A stretch of DNA of 64,000 nt from positions 2,048,001-2,112,000 of the forward strand of contig OY970061.1 of assembly GCA_963705255.1 (NCBI GenBank), in the 5' to 3' direction. The DNA comes from an uncultured Methanoregulaceae archaeon. GTDB lineage: Archaea; Halobacteriota; Methanomicrobia; Methanomicrobiales; Methanospirillaceae. The notes under the pieces are model-generated. The model was not told the origin of the DNA and ran no database searches. It worked only from the letters and a program-made list of their open reading frames with translations. Shown piece after piece: positions 1-9,909 of this stretch. A program made the position numbers and the translations under genes. The number at the start of each line of letters is the position of its first letter. The first letter of the stretch is position 1.

Positions 1-133
1 GTCGATTCATTCCGTGCGACTGCACCTCGTGGAGTTCTTCTCAAAATTTTACGAGGGCGGCGGGATAGTGTACAGACCGTTTAAAAAAGAGATCGCCGAA
101 GTGAACCCCCCGCCGCCTTCCCCGCAATAAGTA

Positions 134-793
134 TTACCTGCCGGCCTGTTTTTTCTTCGCAGCTTTTTTCTTCCTCTCCATGATGCTCTTGACCTTTTTC
201 AGCCTGAACAGGTCCTCCCGCTCCCGTTCCTCGATGGCATTCTTGATGTATTTTGCCTGGCTCTTCAGCTCCGGGATCAGGATCTGTTCAAGGGCATTCA
301 CCCTGCGCCGGTTCATCTGGATCTCCGCCCCGAGCCGTCTCATGGCCGTCTCCGTCTCTGCAAGTTTTATCAGGAGGTCGAGTTCTATCTCGTACCGCTC
401 GGCGGCCTCGTCGATCCTCGCGCTGGTCGAGATGATGTCATACCCCCTCTCGAGCATGGTCTTTGAGACCCGTTTCTTCTCGATGACCGGGACCGGCACT
501 CCCATGATATTTTTTCCGGTGATGTCGACGGTGATGGACCTCCGGGTTGCGAAGGTGGCGGATTTCAGGGTGACCGGATCATCGACCGCCTGGGCGATCA
601 GGAGCGCGAGGTCTGCTGCGCGGGAGACCTGCTCGAGTTCGTCCCGCGATTCGGAGACCGAATTGAGGATCTTGAAGAATTCCTGGATCAGCGCGTCCAT
701 CTTCTCCCTGAGGAGGTCCCTCCCCTGCTCGGCGAGTTTGATCTGGGCCTTTTTCCGGATCAGCTCCATCCTCGTGGGCTTCACCTGCTCCAT
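134..793 (-). CDS. atpD: A/V-type ATP synthase subunit D
   Basis: N-terminal PTRMEL motif, RRVNALEQILIP and EREREDLFRLKKVK; last gene of the ATPase operon. Confidence 0.95.
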   Translation of the reverse strand: MEQVKPTRMELIRKKAQIKLAEQGRDLLREKMDALIQEFFKILNSVSESRDELEQVSRAADLALLIAQAVDDPVTLKSATFATRRSITVDITGKNIMGVPVPVIEKKRVSKTMLERGYDIISTSARIDEAAERYEIELDLLIKLAETETAMRRLGAEIQMNRRRVNALEQILIPELKSQAKYIKNAIEEREREDLFRLKKVKSIMERKKKAAKKKQAGR

Positions 794-795
794 GG

Positions 796-2202
796 TCAGG
801 CTCCCGCGTTCTCTGCATGTGCCGGGTGGTATTTCGCTATGTGTTCCCGCTTGATCCGTTTCAGTTCGTCCTCCGGCAGGAGCGAGAACAGGTCCCAGGC
901 GATGGAAAGGGTCTTCTCAATGGACCGGTCTTCATCGCCCTGGGTGATGAACTGCCGTTCAAAGCTGTCCGCGAACTTCAGGTATTTTTTATCCAGGTCC
1001 GTGAGGGCCTCCTCCCCGACAATTGCCACGAGCCTGCGCAGGTCCCGCCCGTACGCGTACGAAGCATACAACTGGTCCGCAACGCCGCGGTGGTCTTCCC
1101 GGGTCTTCCCCGCGCCGATCCCCAGGTTCATGAGCCGGGAGAGGCAGGGCAGTGCATCGACCGGGGGGTCAGCGCCCCGGCGGAAGAGGTCCCGCGAGAG
1201 CACGATCTGCCCTTCCGTGATGTAGCCGGTCAGGTCGGGAACCGGGTGGGTGATGTCGTCATCCGGCATGGTCAGGATAGGGATCTGGGTGATGGAACCG
1301 GCCTTTCCTTTCAGCCTCCCGGCCCGCTCGTATACCGATGCAAGGTCCGTGTACATGTAGCCGGGATATCCTCTCCTGCCGGGCACTTCTTCCCGGGCTG
1401 TTGAAATTTCACGCAGCGCCTCGCAGTAATTGATCATATCGGTCAGTATCACCAGCACGTGGAGGTGGTGGTTGAACGCGAGATATTCGGCGACCGTGAG
1501 CCCGCACCGCGGAGCGGCGAGGCGCTCCACCGTAGGGTCGTCCGCAAGGTTCATGAAAAAGACCACGCGTTCGAGGGCCCCGGTTCTCTCGAAATCCTGC
1601 ATGAAGAACGAGGCCTCCTTGTGCGTGATGCCCATCGCGACAAACACGACGGCAAACCGCTCTCCCTCGCCGCGGACTTTTGCCTGGCGTGCGATCTGGG
1701 CCGCGAGCTTGTTGGCGGGAAGACCGGAGCCCGAGAAGATGGGCAGTTTCTGGCCGCGGACAAGCGTGTTGAGGCCGTCGATTGCAGACATGCCGGTCTG
1801 GATAAAGTCCGCCGGCTTGTCCCGGGCTGACGGGTTGATGGGGGTCCCGGCAATGTCGAGCACGGCTTCCGGGACGATGTCCGGGCCCCCGTCCCGGGCC
1901 TTCCCGACGCCACTGAACACCCGCCCCAGCATGTCGATGGAGACATTGATCCGGGCGGGCTCGCCGATGAACCGGACATTCGTGTTGAGCGTGTCGATCC
2001 CCCGGGTGCCTTCATATACCTGGATGACCGCGTGCTCTTCGGAGATGTCGAGGACCTGCCCGGTACGTTCCTCCCCGTCCTTTAAGGTTATCCTGACGAT
2101 CTCGCCGAACGATGCCCCGTGGACATTGCTGACAAATATCAGGGGGCCCGAGACGTACCGGATAGTCCGGTAATCCTTCGTGAGGAGGGAGTCCTGTTTC
2201 AT
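796..2202 (-). CDS. atpB: A/V-type ATP synthase subunit B
   Basis: [31 protein letters not shown] and [11 protein letters not shown] motifs. Confidence 0.97.
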   Translation of the reverse strand: MKQDSLLTKDYRTIRYVSGPLIFVSNVHGASFGEIVRITLKDGEERTGQVLDISEEHAVIQVYEGTRGIDTLNTNVRFIGEPARINVSIDMLGRVFSGVGKARDGGPDIVPEAVLDIAGTPINPSARDKPADFIQTGMSAIDGLNTLVRGQKLPIFSGSGLPANKLAAQIARQAKVRGEGERFAVVFVAMGITHKEASFFMQDFERTGALERVVFFMNLADDPTVERLAAPRCGLTVAEYLAFNHHLHVLVILTDMINYCEALREISTAREEVPGRRGYPGYMYTDLASVYERAGRLKGKAGSITQIPILTMPDDDITHPVPDLTGYITEGQIVLSRDLFRRGADPPVDALPCLSRLMNLGIGAGKTREDHRGVADQLYASYAYGRDLRRLVAIVGEEALTDLDKKYLKFADSFERQFITQGDEDRSIEKTLSIAWDLFSLLPEDELKRIKREHIAKYHPAHAENAGA

Positions 2203-3935
2203 TTTTCCACCTCAAGGGACATAAGTTTCTCCTCGATCTCGGTGAGCATGTTCCGGATGGCGTCCAGGTCCGACACTTCCTTCATCCGCCCGATGGTTGC
2301 CTTCAGCGGGAGCCCCTGGATCTGCCGCAGGGAGACACCGCGGGTCATCACCTCGTTCACTTTTGCATAATACACCATGATCACCTTGAGCATCAGGTAT
2401 TGTTTTTCAATAGGGCAGAAGGAATCCGTGTCGCTGTACGCGCTCTGCTGGAGGAAGTCCTCGCGGATCATCCGGGTCACTTCCAGGATGGCCTTCTCGC
2501 TGTCGGGGAGGGCGTCGGGGCCCACCAGCTGGACGATCTCCTGCAGTTCCACCTCCTTCTGGAGCAGGTACATGGCATTTTCCCGCATCTCCCTCCAGTC
2601 CCGTGCGACGTTATTGATATACCAGTCCCCGATACTGTCGAGATAGAGCGAGTAACTTTTTATCCAGTTGACCGAGGGGAAATGCCTGCGGTACGCAAGG
2701 TTCGTGTCCAGCGCCCAGAACGTGCCGACGACCCGCAGCGTGTTCTGCGTGATCGGCTCCGAGAAATCCCCGCCGGGTGGCGATACCGCACCCACGACCG
2801 TGATGGAGCCGTTCCGCTCCCCGGAACCCGTGCATACGACCCTGCCGGCCCGCTCGTAAAAGGCTGAGAGCCGGGTGGCAAGATATGCGGGGTAGCCTTC
2901 TTCTCCCGGCATCTCCTCGAGCCTCCCCGACACTTCACGCAGCGCCTCGCCCCACCGGGATGTGGAGTCGGCCATCAGTGCAACGTCATATCCCATGTCG
3001 CGGAAATATTCGGCTATCGTGATCCCGGTATAGATCGAGGCCTCCCGTGCAGCGACCGGCATGTTGGACGTGTTTGCAATGAGGATGGTCCGCTCTATCA
3101 GCGGCAGGCCGGTCCTCGGGTCTACCAGTTCCGGGAACTCGGCAAGCACGTCGGTCATCTCGTTGCCGCGTTCCCCGCACCCGATATAGACCACGATCTG
3201 CGTGTCCGACCATTTGGCAAGGGTCTGTTCGGAGACAGTCTTCCCGGTCCCGAAACCGCCCGGGATCATCGCGGTCCCGCCTTTGGTTACCGGGAATATG
3301 CAGTCGAACACCCGTTGCCCCGTGATCAGCGGGAGGACCGGGTCGAGCTTCTTCTGGTGCGGGCGGGGATCCGGACCGCCAGAGCTGCATCATGGAGAGC
3401 CGGGTGGTATTGTCCAGGGTGCAGACGATCTCCTCGACCGTGAAAGTGCCCGCCCTGATGTCGGTGACTTTCCCGGATATTTTGTGCGGGACGAGGATCC
3501 GGTGCTCGAAATGGAACTCCCTGACGGTCCCGATGATGTCGCCCTCGGCTACCGTGTCGCCGGTCCTGACTGCCGGGACGAAGTCCCATTTTTTCTCGCG
3601 GTCAAGCCCGGGTGCCGAGATACCCCGGGCAATAAAGTCCCCGCTTTTCTGGAGGAGGACGGGCAGCGGGCGCTGGACGCCGTCATAGATTGACGATAAA
3701 AGCCCGGGGCCGAGTTCCACGGAAAGAGGCTTTTCCGTGTTCTCTACCGTCTCCCCGATCGTGAGACCCGTCGTGTCCTCGTAGACCTGGATGACCGCTT
3801 CTTCCCCGTCAAGCCGGATGATCTCCCCCTGAGGGCCTCCCCGCCGACTTTTACCACGTCATACATCTTGGACCCTTTCATGCCCCGGGATGTGATGACG
3901 GGTCCGGAAATCCGTGAAATCGTGCCTGTTATCAT
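2199..3935 (-). CDS. atpA: A/V-type ATP synthase subunit A (split by about three single-base frameshifts near 3826 and 3362-3378, probably sequencing errors)
   Basis: ORF pieces join into one protein: [13 protein letters not shown]..., [19 protein letters not shown]..., GGFGTGKT (Walker A), [13 protein letters not shown]. Confidence 0.93.
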
Positions 3936-3939
3936 AGCT

Positions 3940-4260
3940 TCACCTCTTTAATACGATGTTATAGCCGATCGCCCTGCGCAGGAGCTGTTCGATGTACGTC
4001 CTCCGGTCAACCTCTTTCGACTTCGAAGGGATGGGAATGATGAGCGGGCGGTGCATCTTCTCGATCCGGTCCATCAGTTTCTCATCGAGAGAGAGCATGT
4101 ACTCCTCGTTCACTGCTACGATGCCGATGTCGTCTTTGTACAAAAGGGGCGGGATAATCTTTTTTGCCTCCTCGATTGACCCCGCCTCCAGGACCTCGAC
4201 GCCGGCCAGCCGGAACCCCGACGCCCGGTCACTGTCCGTAACGATGACGAATTTATACAT
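3940..4260 (-). CDS. atpF: A/V-type ATP synthase subunit F
   Basis: SGFRLAGV motif, C-terminal RRAIG, 106 aa, operon position. Confidence 0.9.
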   Translation of the reverse strand: MYKFVIVTDSDRASGFRLAGVEVLEAGSIEEAKKIIPPLLYKDDIGIVAVNEEYMLSLDEKLMDRIEKMHRPLIIPIPSKSKEVDRRTYIEQLLRRAIGYNIVLKR

Positions 4261-5302
4261 ACACGAGTTCCTCCTTCAGGTTCTCAAGGGGGAAATCTGC
4301 GGTCTTGCACCGCGAGATGATCCGGATATTGGTGATCTCGTTATATTTTGCCCAGAAATAGCCTATGAGCGAGGTCACGCTGAGCGGATCCCCCAGAAAA
4401 GAACCCACGCCTTTCTGGATCAGGGACTTTTCGAGCTGTTTCTCGATGACCGATATCTTCTCCGTGCGAAGGGCGCTCTCGGGAATGCTGTTCAGGAACC
4501 GGTACCGGGTGGACTCAAGTGCCGAAAGGACATCCCTGATCGTTTTCAGGGAGAGGAGGGCGCTCAGGTCCTCGGGACCCAATTCCTTCCCCCCGTCAAT
4601 CAGGAATGTTTCAGCCTCCTCCGGATCGATGCGGTCCCGTATCATCCGCAGGATCGTCTTGATATTGATGACATCGATCTCAAGGGATATGAGGTCCCGG
4701 ATGATCGTGTTGTTGTAGGACGGTTTTTTTACTGAGACCAGAGCGTCCTGATAATAATACTTGTCAAGTTCGCATTCAAGAGTGGCAAGATTTTCGGTCT
4801 TCAGAAAGTCCGGGTACTTCTCCGTGAGGGGTTTTGCATAGGAGATACCCCATGTCGCAAGCAGGTCAATGACCGCCCGTACATCGGGCTGCCTGACGAG
4901 TTCCGTCAGGGTCGCCTCGTCGAGCTCCCCCGCGGGCACAAGACAATCGAGGATCTCCTCGTTCGTGATATGGATATTCTTCCCGCGGATGATCGTCTTG
5001 ATGTTCTGGACGTCCCAGCGGTGCAGGAATATCCTGATGTACCGCTCTGCCTCTTCTTCATGGGCGAAAGCAAGGATCTTCCGGAATGTCCGGGTGAAAT
5101 TTATCCGAAGGGCGTATTCAATGCAGAGTACCCCGGAGTACCTGCCTTTTGCCTCGGTAATCTCGTCCAGGTACGGGGTTTTTTCCAGCCTGGTTATCAG
5201 GGAAGGGATATCCGGCTGGAGGATGAGGTCATCGAGTTCCCGGTGGTCGAGCAGCCGGCTCCTCATCCCCCTCATCCGTGCATTGATATATCCCCAGTCC
5301 AT
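4253..5302 (-). CDS. atpC: A/V-type ATP synthase subunit C
   Basis: YINARMRGMRSRLL N-terminus, RWDVQNIKTIIR, EITNIRII; GGAGG RBS before ATG 5302. Confidence 0.9.
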   Translation of the reverse strand: MDWGYINARMRGMRSRLLDHRELDDLILQPDIPSLITRLEKTPYLDEITEAKGRYSGVLCIEYALRINFTRTFRKILAFAHEEEAERYIRIFLHRWDVQNIKTIIRGKNIHITNEEILDCLVPAGELDEATLTELVRQPDVRAVIDLLATWGISYAKPLTEKYPDFLKTENLATLECELDKYYYQDALVSVKKPSYNNTIIRDLISLEIDVINIKTILRMIRDRIDPEEAETFLIDGGKELGPEDLSALLSLKTIRDVLSALESTRYRFLNSIPESALRTEKISVIEKQLEKSLIQKGVGSFLGDPLSVTSLIGYFWAKYNEITNIRIISRCKTADFPLENLKEELVYV

Positions 5303-5303
5303 C

Positions 5304-5888
5304 TCAACCTCCGAACAGGACCGAATAGATCTCGTGTCTCTTTCGCTCTTGTGCCCGTTCAAGCCGGGACTCGATCGTATTGGAGATCACCACGGCTCCG
5401 TCAGGAGAACTCACCACGAGGCCTCCTGCACACTCCAGATCGGTGAATACCTCACAGGAGATCCGCATGGCAGAGAGCGTCTTTCGCAGGAGGTCCTCGT
5501 CCCGTTTGTCGATATGGACCGAAAACCGGTCCTCACCCACAGCACCGATGGCCTCATGTACCAGTTTTTCAAATATCGCCGGGTATCCCGGATGCTCCCG
5601 CACCGCCAAAAGCTGCTGCCCGGCCTCATGAAAAGCTGAAGAAAAGATCTTCTCCTTGATAGTTATGATCAGTTCCTTGTTCTCCCCTTTTGTGAGATAG
5701 AGCAGTTTGTTCTTTTCAACTTCCGCAGACTTTTCTGCACCTGACAGGTACGACTGCTGTATCTCGTCCGCCTGCTTCTTTGTCTGCGCCTTGATCTCAT
5801 CGATCGCGACGCGTGCCTTTTCCCGGAGCTCCCGCTCCCGTTCCGTGGCACTCTCCTCTACCGACTTCAAAAGATTTTCATACGCCAT
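5304..5888 (-). CDS. atpE: A/V-type ATP synthase subunit E
   Basis: Charged helical N-terminus and GGLVV...ISNTIESRLE C-terminus. Confidence 0.88.
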   Translation of the reverse strand: MAYENLLKSVEESATERERELREKARVAIDEIKAQTKKQADEIQQSYLSGAEKSAEVEKNKLLYLTKGENKELIITIKEKIFSSAFHEAGQQLLAVREHPGYPAIFEKLVHEAIGAVGEDRFSVHIDKRDEDLLRKTLSAMRISCEVFTDLECAGGLVVSSPDGAVVISNTIESRLERAQERKRHEIYSVLFGG

Positions 5889-6028
5889 AGGCTTTCCCGT
5901 CCTGTCTGAAGGTCCCGGAATCACCAGCTGTAAGAACAGGATACTCCCGGTTGTTCCCGGTACGGGAGTTCGGTGACGATCCGTGGAGACGGGAACGAAG
6001 TGAAACTACTGCACCTCTGGTTCTAGGA

Positions 6029-6253
6029 TTACTTGACCATCAGGATGATCATTGATGCGATCACAAACCCCAGAATCACCAGCGTTTCCGGGATAGCTTC
6101 GATGATGATGATAGACCCCGCGGTCTCGGGTTTTTCTGCAATCGTCCCTGCTCCGGCTGCACCAATCCTCGACTGTGCCCACCCTGTTCCAATCGCACCC
6201 GCGGAAAAGGCTAATGCCGCCCCGATGGGTACTTCCCAGCCTGCCACATCCAC
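6029..6253 (-). CDS. atpK: A/V-type ATP synthase proteolipid subunit K (c), single hairpin
   Basis: 74 aa, two hydrophobic helices, AQSRIGAA and IPETLVI with the ion-binding Glu; GGAGG RBS. Confidence 0.92.
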   Translation of the reverse strand: MDVAGWEVPIGAALAFSAGAIGTGWAQSRIGAAGAGTIAEKPETAGSIIIIEAIPETLVILGFVIASMIILMVK

Positions 6254-6348
6254 ACCTCCTAATGATAGAACCTAACAGATTGCAGCTATATTAAACTATT
6301 GAGAATAGTTCCGGAAAAATTCCGGGTGTCCGGATCCTTTCAACACGG

Positions 6349-6684
6349 TTATTCAACAGGAGGACGCCCGAGAATCGCGTCCAGTGCCGTGAACGTTTCA
6401 GGCGTCAGGCAGTGTCCGGATCGTATATCTCTTCCAGCCGTGATAAGTAAATGTATCTCTTCTTTGGTAAGTTTTGCAAAACTGTACGTATCCCATCGTT
6501 CCTGGTCAACATTGATCCAGACCTCGCCCAGAACTTCCCTCAATGCTGCATAATCTTCATCCGAGCACGATCTCCATCCGGAATCCTTCGCGCGGCGAAT
6601 CCTTTCGAGGGCATGCTCTACTGCTTTTTCCTTCCGGACCTGGAAACGCCTCCTGCCAAGAGTATCATCGGCTACGCGGGACAT
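6349..6684 (-). CDS. Hypothetical helical protein, paralog of 6860..7189
   Basis: Ungapped similarity to the divergent neighbour (GRR..Q..KEK.VE...IR.....W...W.N..Q..WD). Confidence 0.75.
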   Translation of the reverse strand: MSRVADDTLGRRRFQVRKEKAVEHALERIRRAKDSGWRSCSDEDYAALREVLGEVWINVDQERWDTYSFAKLTKEEIHLLITAGRDIRSGHCLTPETFTALDAILGRPPVE

Positions 6685-6859
6685 ACGACTATTTTGTGGG
6701 AATTATACAAGTACCGGTTTAAATTGCTTGTGCCGGTTGTATCCGTCTTTTTTGGATCTCCGGATTTTTCCCCGGGTTCAATCTCTCACCCCGGCCACAA
6801 GGAATATAGGCAGGGAGCGGGATTGTTTCATCATCTGAACACATGAGGGGGGGAATAAA

Positions 6860-7189
6860 ATGCCGGACGTGACAAAGACCGAGATCGGGAGAAGAATGTA
6901 CCAGCTCCACAAGGAAAAGAGCGTGGAGAAGATCATTGAGAAGATACGTGATAATATCGGACATGACTGGAAGTCATTCACCGGGGACGAGATCCACCTG
7001 CTGGAGCGGCTCCTGAGTGCAGCATGGGCAAACATCGAACAGTCAAACTGGGACAAAATACCGTTTTCCCGGATGTCAAAGGATGATGTCCGGCGGGTAC
7101 TCGATGTCGGGAAATACACTGATCTTGATAAAACACCGCAGCATGCTTTGGTGGCGGAGGTGGAAAAGGTCCTGCTCTCGGTAAAATGA
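6860..7189 (+). CDS. Hypothetical helical protein, paralog of 6349..6684
   Basis: Purine-rich RBS, T-tract after the stop, similarity to the divergent neighbour. Confidence 0.78.
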   Translation: MPDVTKTEIGRRMYQLHKEKSVEKIIEKIRDNIGHDWKSFTGDEIHLLERLLSAAWANIEQSNWDKIPFSRMSKDDVRRVLDVGKYTDLDKTPQHALVAEVEKVLLSVK

Positions 7190-7270
7190 TCCTCTTTTTT
7201 CCATATATCATGCTGCCGGGAGATTTTTCAGAATTCCCGGTGAAACGGGAGTGCCGGTCCTCTGCTGCAT

Positions 7271-7380
7271 TCAGCCAATCTCAAACCGGTCGATCACGCT
7301 CTGGGTCTCTGCTGCCGCCCTCTTCAGTTCCTCAATCCGGTCCGCGACCGTCTCCTCATGATGTTTCCGCTTTGCAGGAG
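7271..7380 (-). pseudogene. Possible C-terminal remnant of a methyl-accepting chemotaxis protein
   Basis: Reading frame ...EETVADRIEELKRAAAETQSVIDRFEIG* resembles an MCP C-terminus; no intact start. Confidence 0.25.
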
Positions 7381-7476
7381 CCGGGTTGATCGCGCCATGG
7401 GGTGCCCCGATGGTGCCATGGTCTTCTCACTCCAGACCCGTCCGGCCACCGCACCAGCACCGCCGGGACGACAATC

Positions 7477-7768
7477 AAATTCGAAGGGTGATTGATGTCA
7501 CCCTTCTCATCCTCGAATTTCGCTTTGCTCAATTCTTCGGAGATCGAAGAATTCTCGCGAATTCGGTCGAAGAACTTCGTTCAGGAGAAGATTCTTCTCC
7601 TGTCTCAAGTCCGATGACTTTCGACAAGAGGGATTTTTCAAATCCCTCTGCTTCATCCTTAAGGGATGAAGCATTCTGATGACCCTCAGCATTCTCCTCC
7701 TCCAGGTCGGAGAGGTTTATCAAAACCTCGATGAGGAGAAGGGAGGTGTAAGCCGACCTTCGACTTTC
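7477..7768. repeat. Modular hairpin repeat, copy A
   Basis: Chain of stems (GAAGGGTGA/TCACCCTTC, AATTCTTCG/CGAAGAATT, AGAGGGATTT/AAATCCCTCT, GCTTCATCC/GGATGAAGC, GAGGTTT/AAACCTC); blocks shared with copies at 12745 and 23807. Confidence 0.85.
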
Positions 7769-7981
7769 TTATGGACCTATCGGACGTCGGAGAAACCTGA
7801 TGGTTTCTTCTTTTCCTTCAGGTCTGATGACCTGTCGGACAAAAAAAACGACCGGCATGTACGCCGAACCCCTGAACACGACCAGCACAATGTCCAGCAC
7901 CATCCCGAGGGCCAGCCCTGCAGCGATGCCGACGATGAGGCGCCTGATCGTGCGGTCTTCGAAAATGGTGGAGTCCGTCAT
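7769..7981 (-). CDS. Small membrane protein (70 aa)
   Basis: ATG preceded by AAGGA; hydrophobic segment LIVGIAAGLALGMVLDIVLVVF. Confidence 0.55.
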   Translation of the reverse strand: MTDSTIFEDRTIRRLIVGIAAGLALGMVLDIVLVVFRGSAYMPVVFFVRQVIRPEGKEETIRFLRRPIGP

Positions 7982-8101
7982 GGTTATTTCCTTACTTATC
8001 TTGCGTCATGCTGGTTCTAGAAATTTTTTGCGGGGTTCAGCTTTGTTATTTCCATCACATCCAGGCACCGGACGGTGCCAGTGCACGGGTCATCATGCAT
8101 C

Positions 8102-8335
8102 TCAGCCGTCCCCGCTCCCGAACACGTCCGGGAAATATTCCCGGACCCGGCGGCGTTCCCGCTCGTTTAGCTCGCGGAGTTCCGGGCCGGCGAGCCCTAT
8201 GATGAATGCCGCCGCATCATCGCGGCACCTGAATATGCGGATCACCGGCCCGTCTCCCGCCGCGATCTGGTACCGGAGGTGAAAACAGGTCTCCTTTGCG
8301 GGCACCGGGCGGGCGCGGGAGTATTGTGCTGCCAT
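8102..8335 (-). CDS. Small hypothetical protein (77 aa)
   Basis: ATG ORF divergent from the XRE gene, plausible composition. Confidence 0.45.
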   Translation of the reverse strand: MAAQYSRARPVPAKETCFHLRYQIAAGDGPVIRIFRCRDDAAAFIIGLAGPELRELNERERRRVREYFPDVFGSGDG

Positions 8336-8511
8336 TATCCCGTATACCGGTGACTGGTGAGGTTTTCCCGGAACGACAGGGTACCACGTTCAGACCAAGC
8401 ATCTATAGCCGGGGGTGTCCGATCGGGATTTTCTTTGGGGTCCGGGGTTTGACGAATTTGATTCACCAGGCACCAAGGAATGTGTTGGCGGGCGGGGAGG
8501 ATAAATTTGTC

Positions 8512-8541
8512 GACTATAGTCTGCGATAGGCATTAGCCTAT
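8512..8541. promoter_or_regulatory. Palindromic operator pair upstream of the XRE gene
   Basis: GACTATAGTC (8512-8521) and ATAGGC-atta-GCCTAT (8526-8541), about 30-55 bp before the start. Confidence 0.55.
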
Positions 8542-8568
8542 TTTCAACTGAATCTCATTTGAGTGAAA

Positions 8569-8832
8569 ATGCACGAGGAAGAAATTTTTGGCAAGATGCT
8601 GCAGGAAGAGCGGAAAGCCAAAAAAATTTCCCAGGAGAAACTTGCAAAACTCGCCGGCCTCGACCGGACCTTCATCAGCCTCATCGAGAACGGAAAACGG
8701 AGCCCGACATTTTCTACTATTTTGAAGATCTGTTCAGTTCTCGAGATCGCTCCTTCTGAACTATTCTCGATTTACGAGAAGAAGGATCCGGATTACAGGG
8801 CGAAAAAAGGTGGGAAGCGTGAGAGGTTTTGA
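8569..8832 (+). CDS. XRE-family HTH regulator, restriction-modification controller (C protein)-like
   Basis: SQEKLAKLAGLDRTFISLIENGKRSPT helix-turn-helix signature. Confidence 0.9.
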   Translation: MHEEEIFGKMLQEERKAKKISQEKLAKLAGLDRTFISLIENGKRSPTFSTILKICSVLEIAPSELFSIYEKKDPDYRAKKGGKRERF

Positions 8833-8983
8833 CGCTCAATGGGGCTGGTCCGGCACCATTCACGATATTCTCCGATTGAATAAACCGCACTGGCTCGCAT
8901 CCATGAATGTAGCAGAACCTCTTTAATAAAAAATGCAACCATTTATCGTTTTCAGATAATAAAAGAGAAGCAGTGAGCCTGTC

Positions 8984-9430
8984 GTGAAGATATACCTGGA
9001 CGTATGCTGCCTCTGCCGGCCTTTCGATAACCATCATGAGACCAGGATACGGTTGGAGACGGAGGCAATTCTTACGATCCTGAAACGCTGTTCCCTCGAT
9101 TGGGAACTGGTCACGAGTACCGCAGTGCTGTACGAGGTTGGCCTCATCGGGGATCCGGTAAGAAGATCCCATGTCATGAGGCTGACGAGTCGCGCCCGAA
9201 AGACGATAACTGTTGATGAAGCCCTGTTGTTGCGGGCAGAAGAGATCGAAAAGGATGGAATCATGGGAATGGATGCCATTCATATTGCGTGTGCTGAGAG
9301 AGCCGGTGCGGTGTTCCTGACAACGGATGACGAGGTGATAAGGATTATGAAGAAGCATACCCCAGATATATCCATACGGGTCGATAACCCGCTGCGCTGG
9401 CTGATGGAGTTGAACCATGACGGAGAGTAA
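8984..9430 (+). CDS. PIN-domain (VapC-like) toxin
   Basis: IYLDVCC..RPFD, MDAIHIACA and FLTTDD acidic PIN motifs. Confidence 0.9.
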   Translation: MKIYLDVCCLCRPFDNHHETRIRLETEAILTILKRCSLDWELVTSTAVLYEVGLIGDPVRRSHVMRLTSRARKTITVDEALLLRAEEIEKDGIMGMDAIHIACAERAGAVFLTTDDEVIRIMKKHTPDISIRVDNPLRWLMELNHDGE

Positions 9431-9623
9431 GACCATTGCCCAGATCCAGAGTGAAGGGTACGATGCCCTGGTAAATGCTCTTGGACCGGAGGATGCCGTC
9501 CGGTTTATCCGGAGTTTCGATCCCGGGAGTGGCGATTATACAAAAGAGCGGAAGAAAACGTTTAAGAAAAAGACGGCAAAGCAGATCGGGAAAGAGATCC
9601 TTGAGCTGCAGAAGACGATCTGA
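9417..9623 (+). CDS. Small partner protein (putative antitoxin) of the PIN toxin
   Basis: Overlaps the PIN gene; ALGPEDAVRFIRSFDPGSGDYTKER is typical of PIN-associated small proteins. Confidence 0.75.
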   Translation: MTESKTIAQIQSEGYDALVNALGPEDAVRFIRSFDPGSGDYTKERKKTFKKKTAKQIGKEILELQKTI

Positions 9624-9840
9624 CTCTATTTTCACTTCTCTATCGTGTCGATCTCCGCAATGAACTCCATCAGCCGTTCGAGTTCCGGCCCGGACCATCG
9701 TTGTTTTTACTCCATCCCGTTCGACCACCGCACTAGTACCGCCAGGACCACGATGAGCACGAAGTCGAAGACTAGGATTACCAAACTAATTCCGGATACT
9801 TTCATAGTATACCGGTAAGCGGATTTCGGTATCCTCCACT

Positions 9841-9909
9841 TAACGTTTCTAACGCGATCGTCTACCGGTCAGGGGTCCGGTAGAGAGTTGCGTTAGAATC
9901 GTTATATAT
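9841..9909. promoter_or_regulatory. 28-bp-arm imperfect inverted repeat abutting a TATA-like box
   Basis: Arms 9841-9868 and 9877-9904 are 23/28 complementary; TTATATAT at 9902-9909. Confidence 0.6.
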
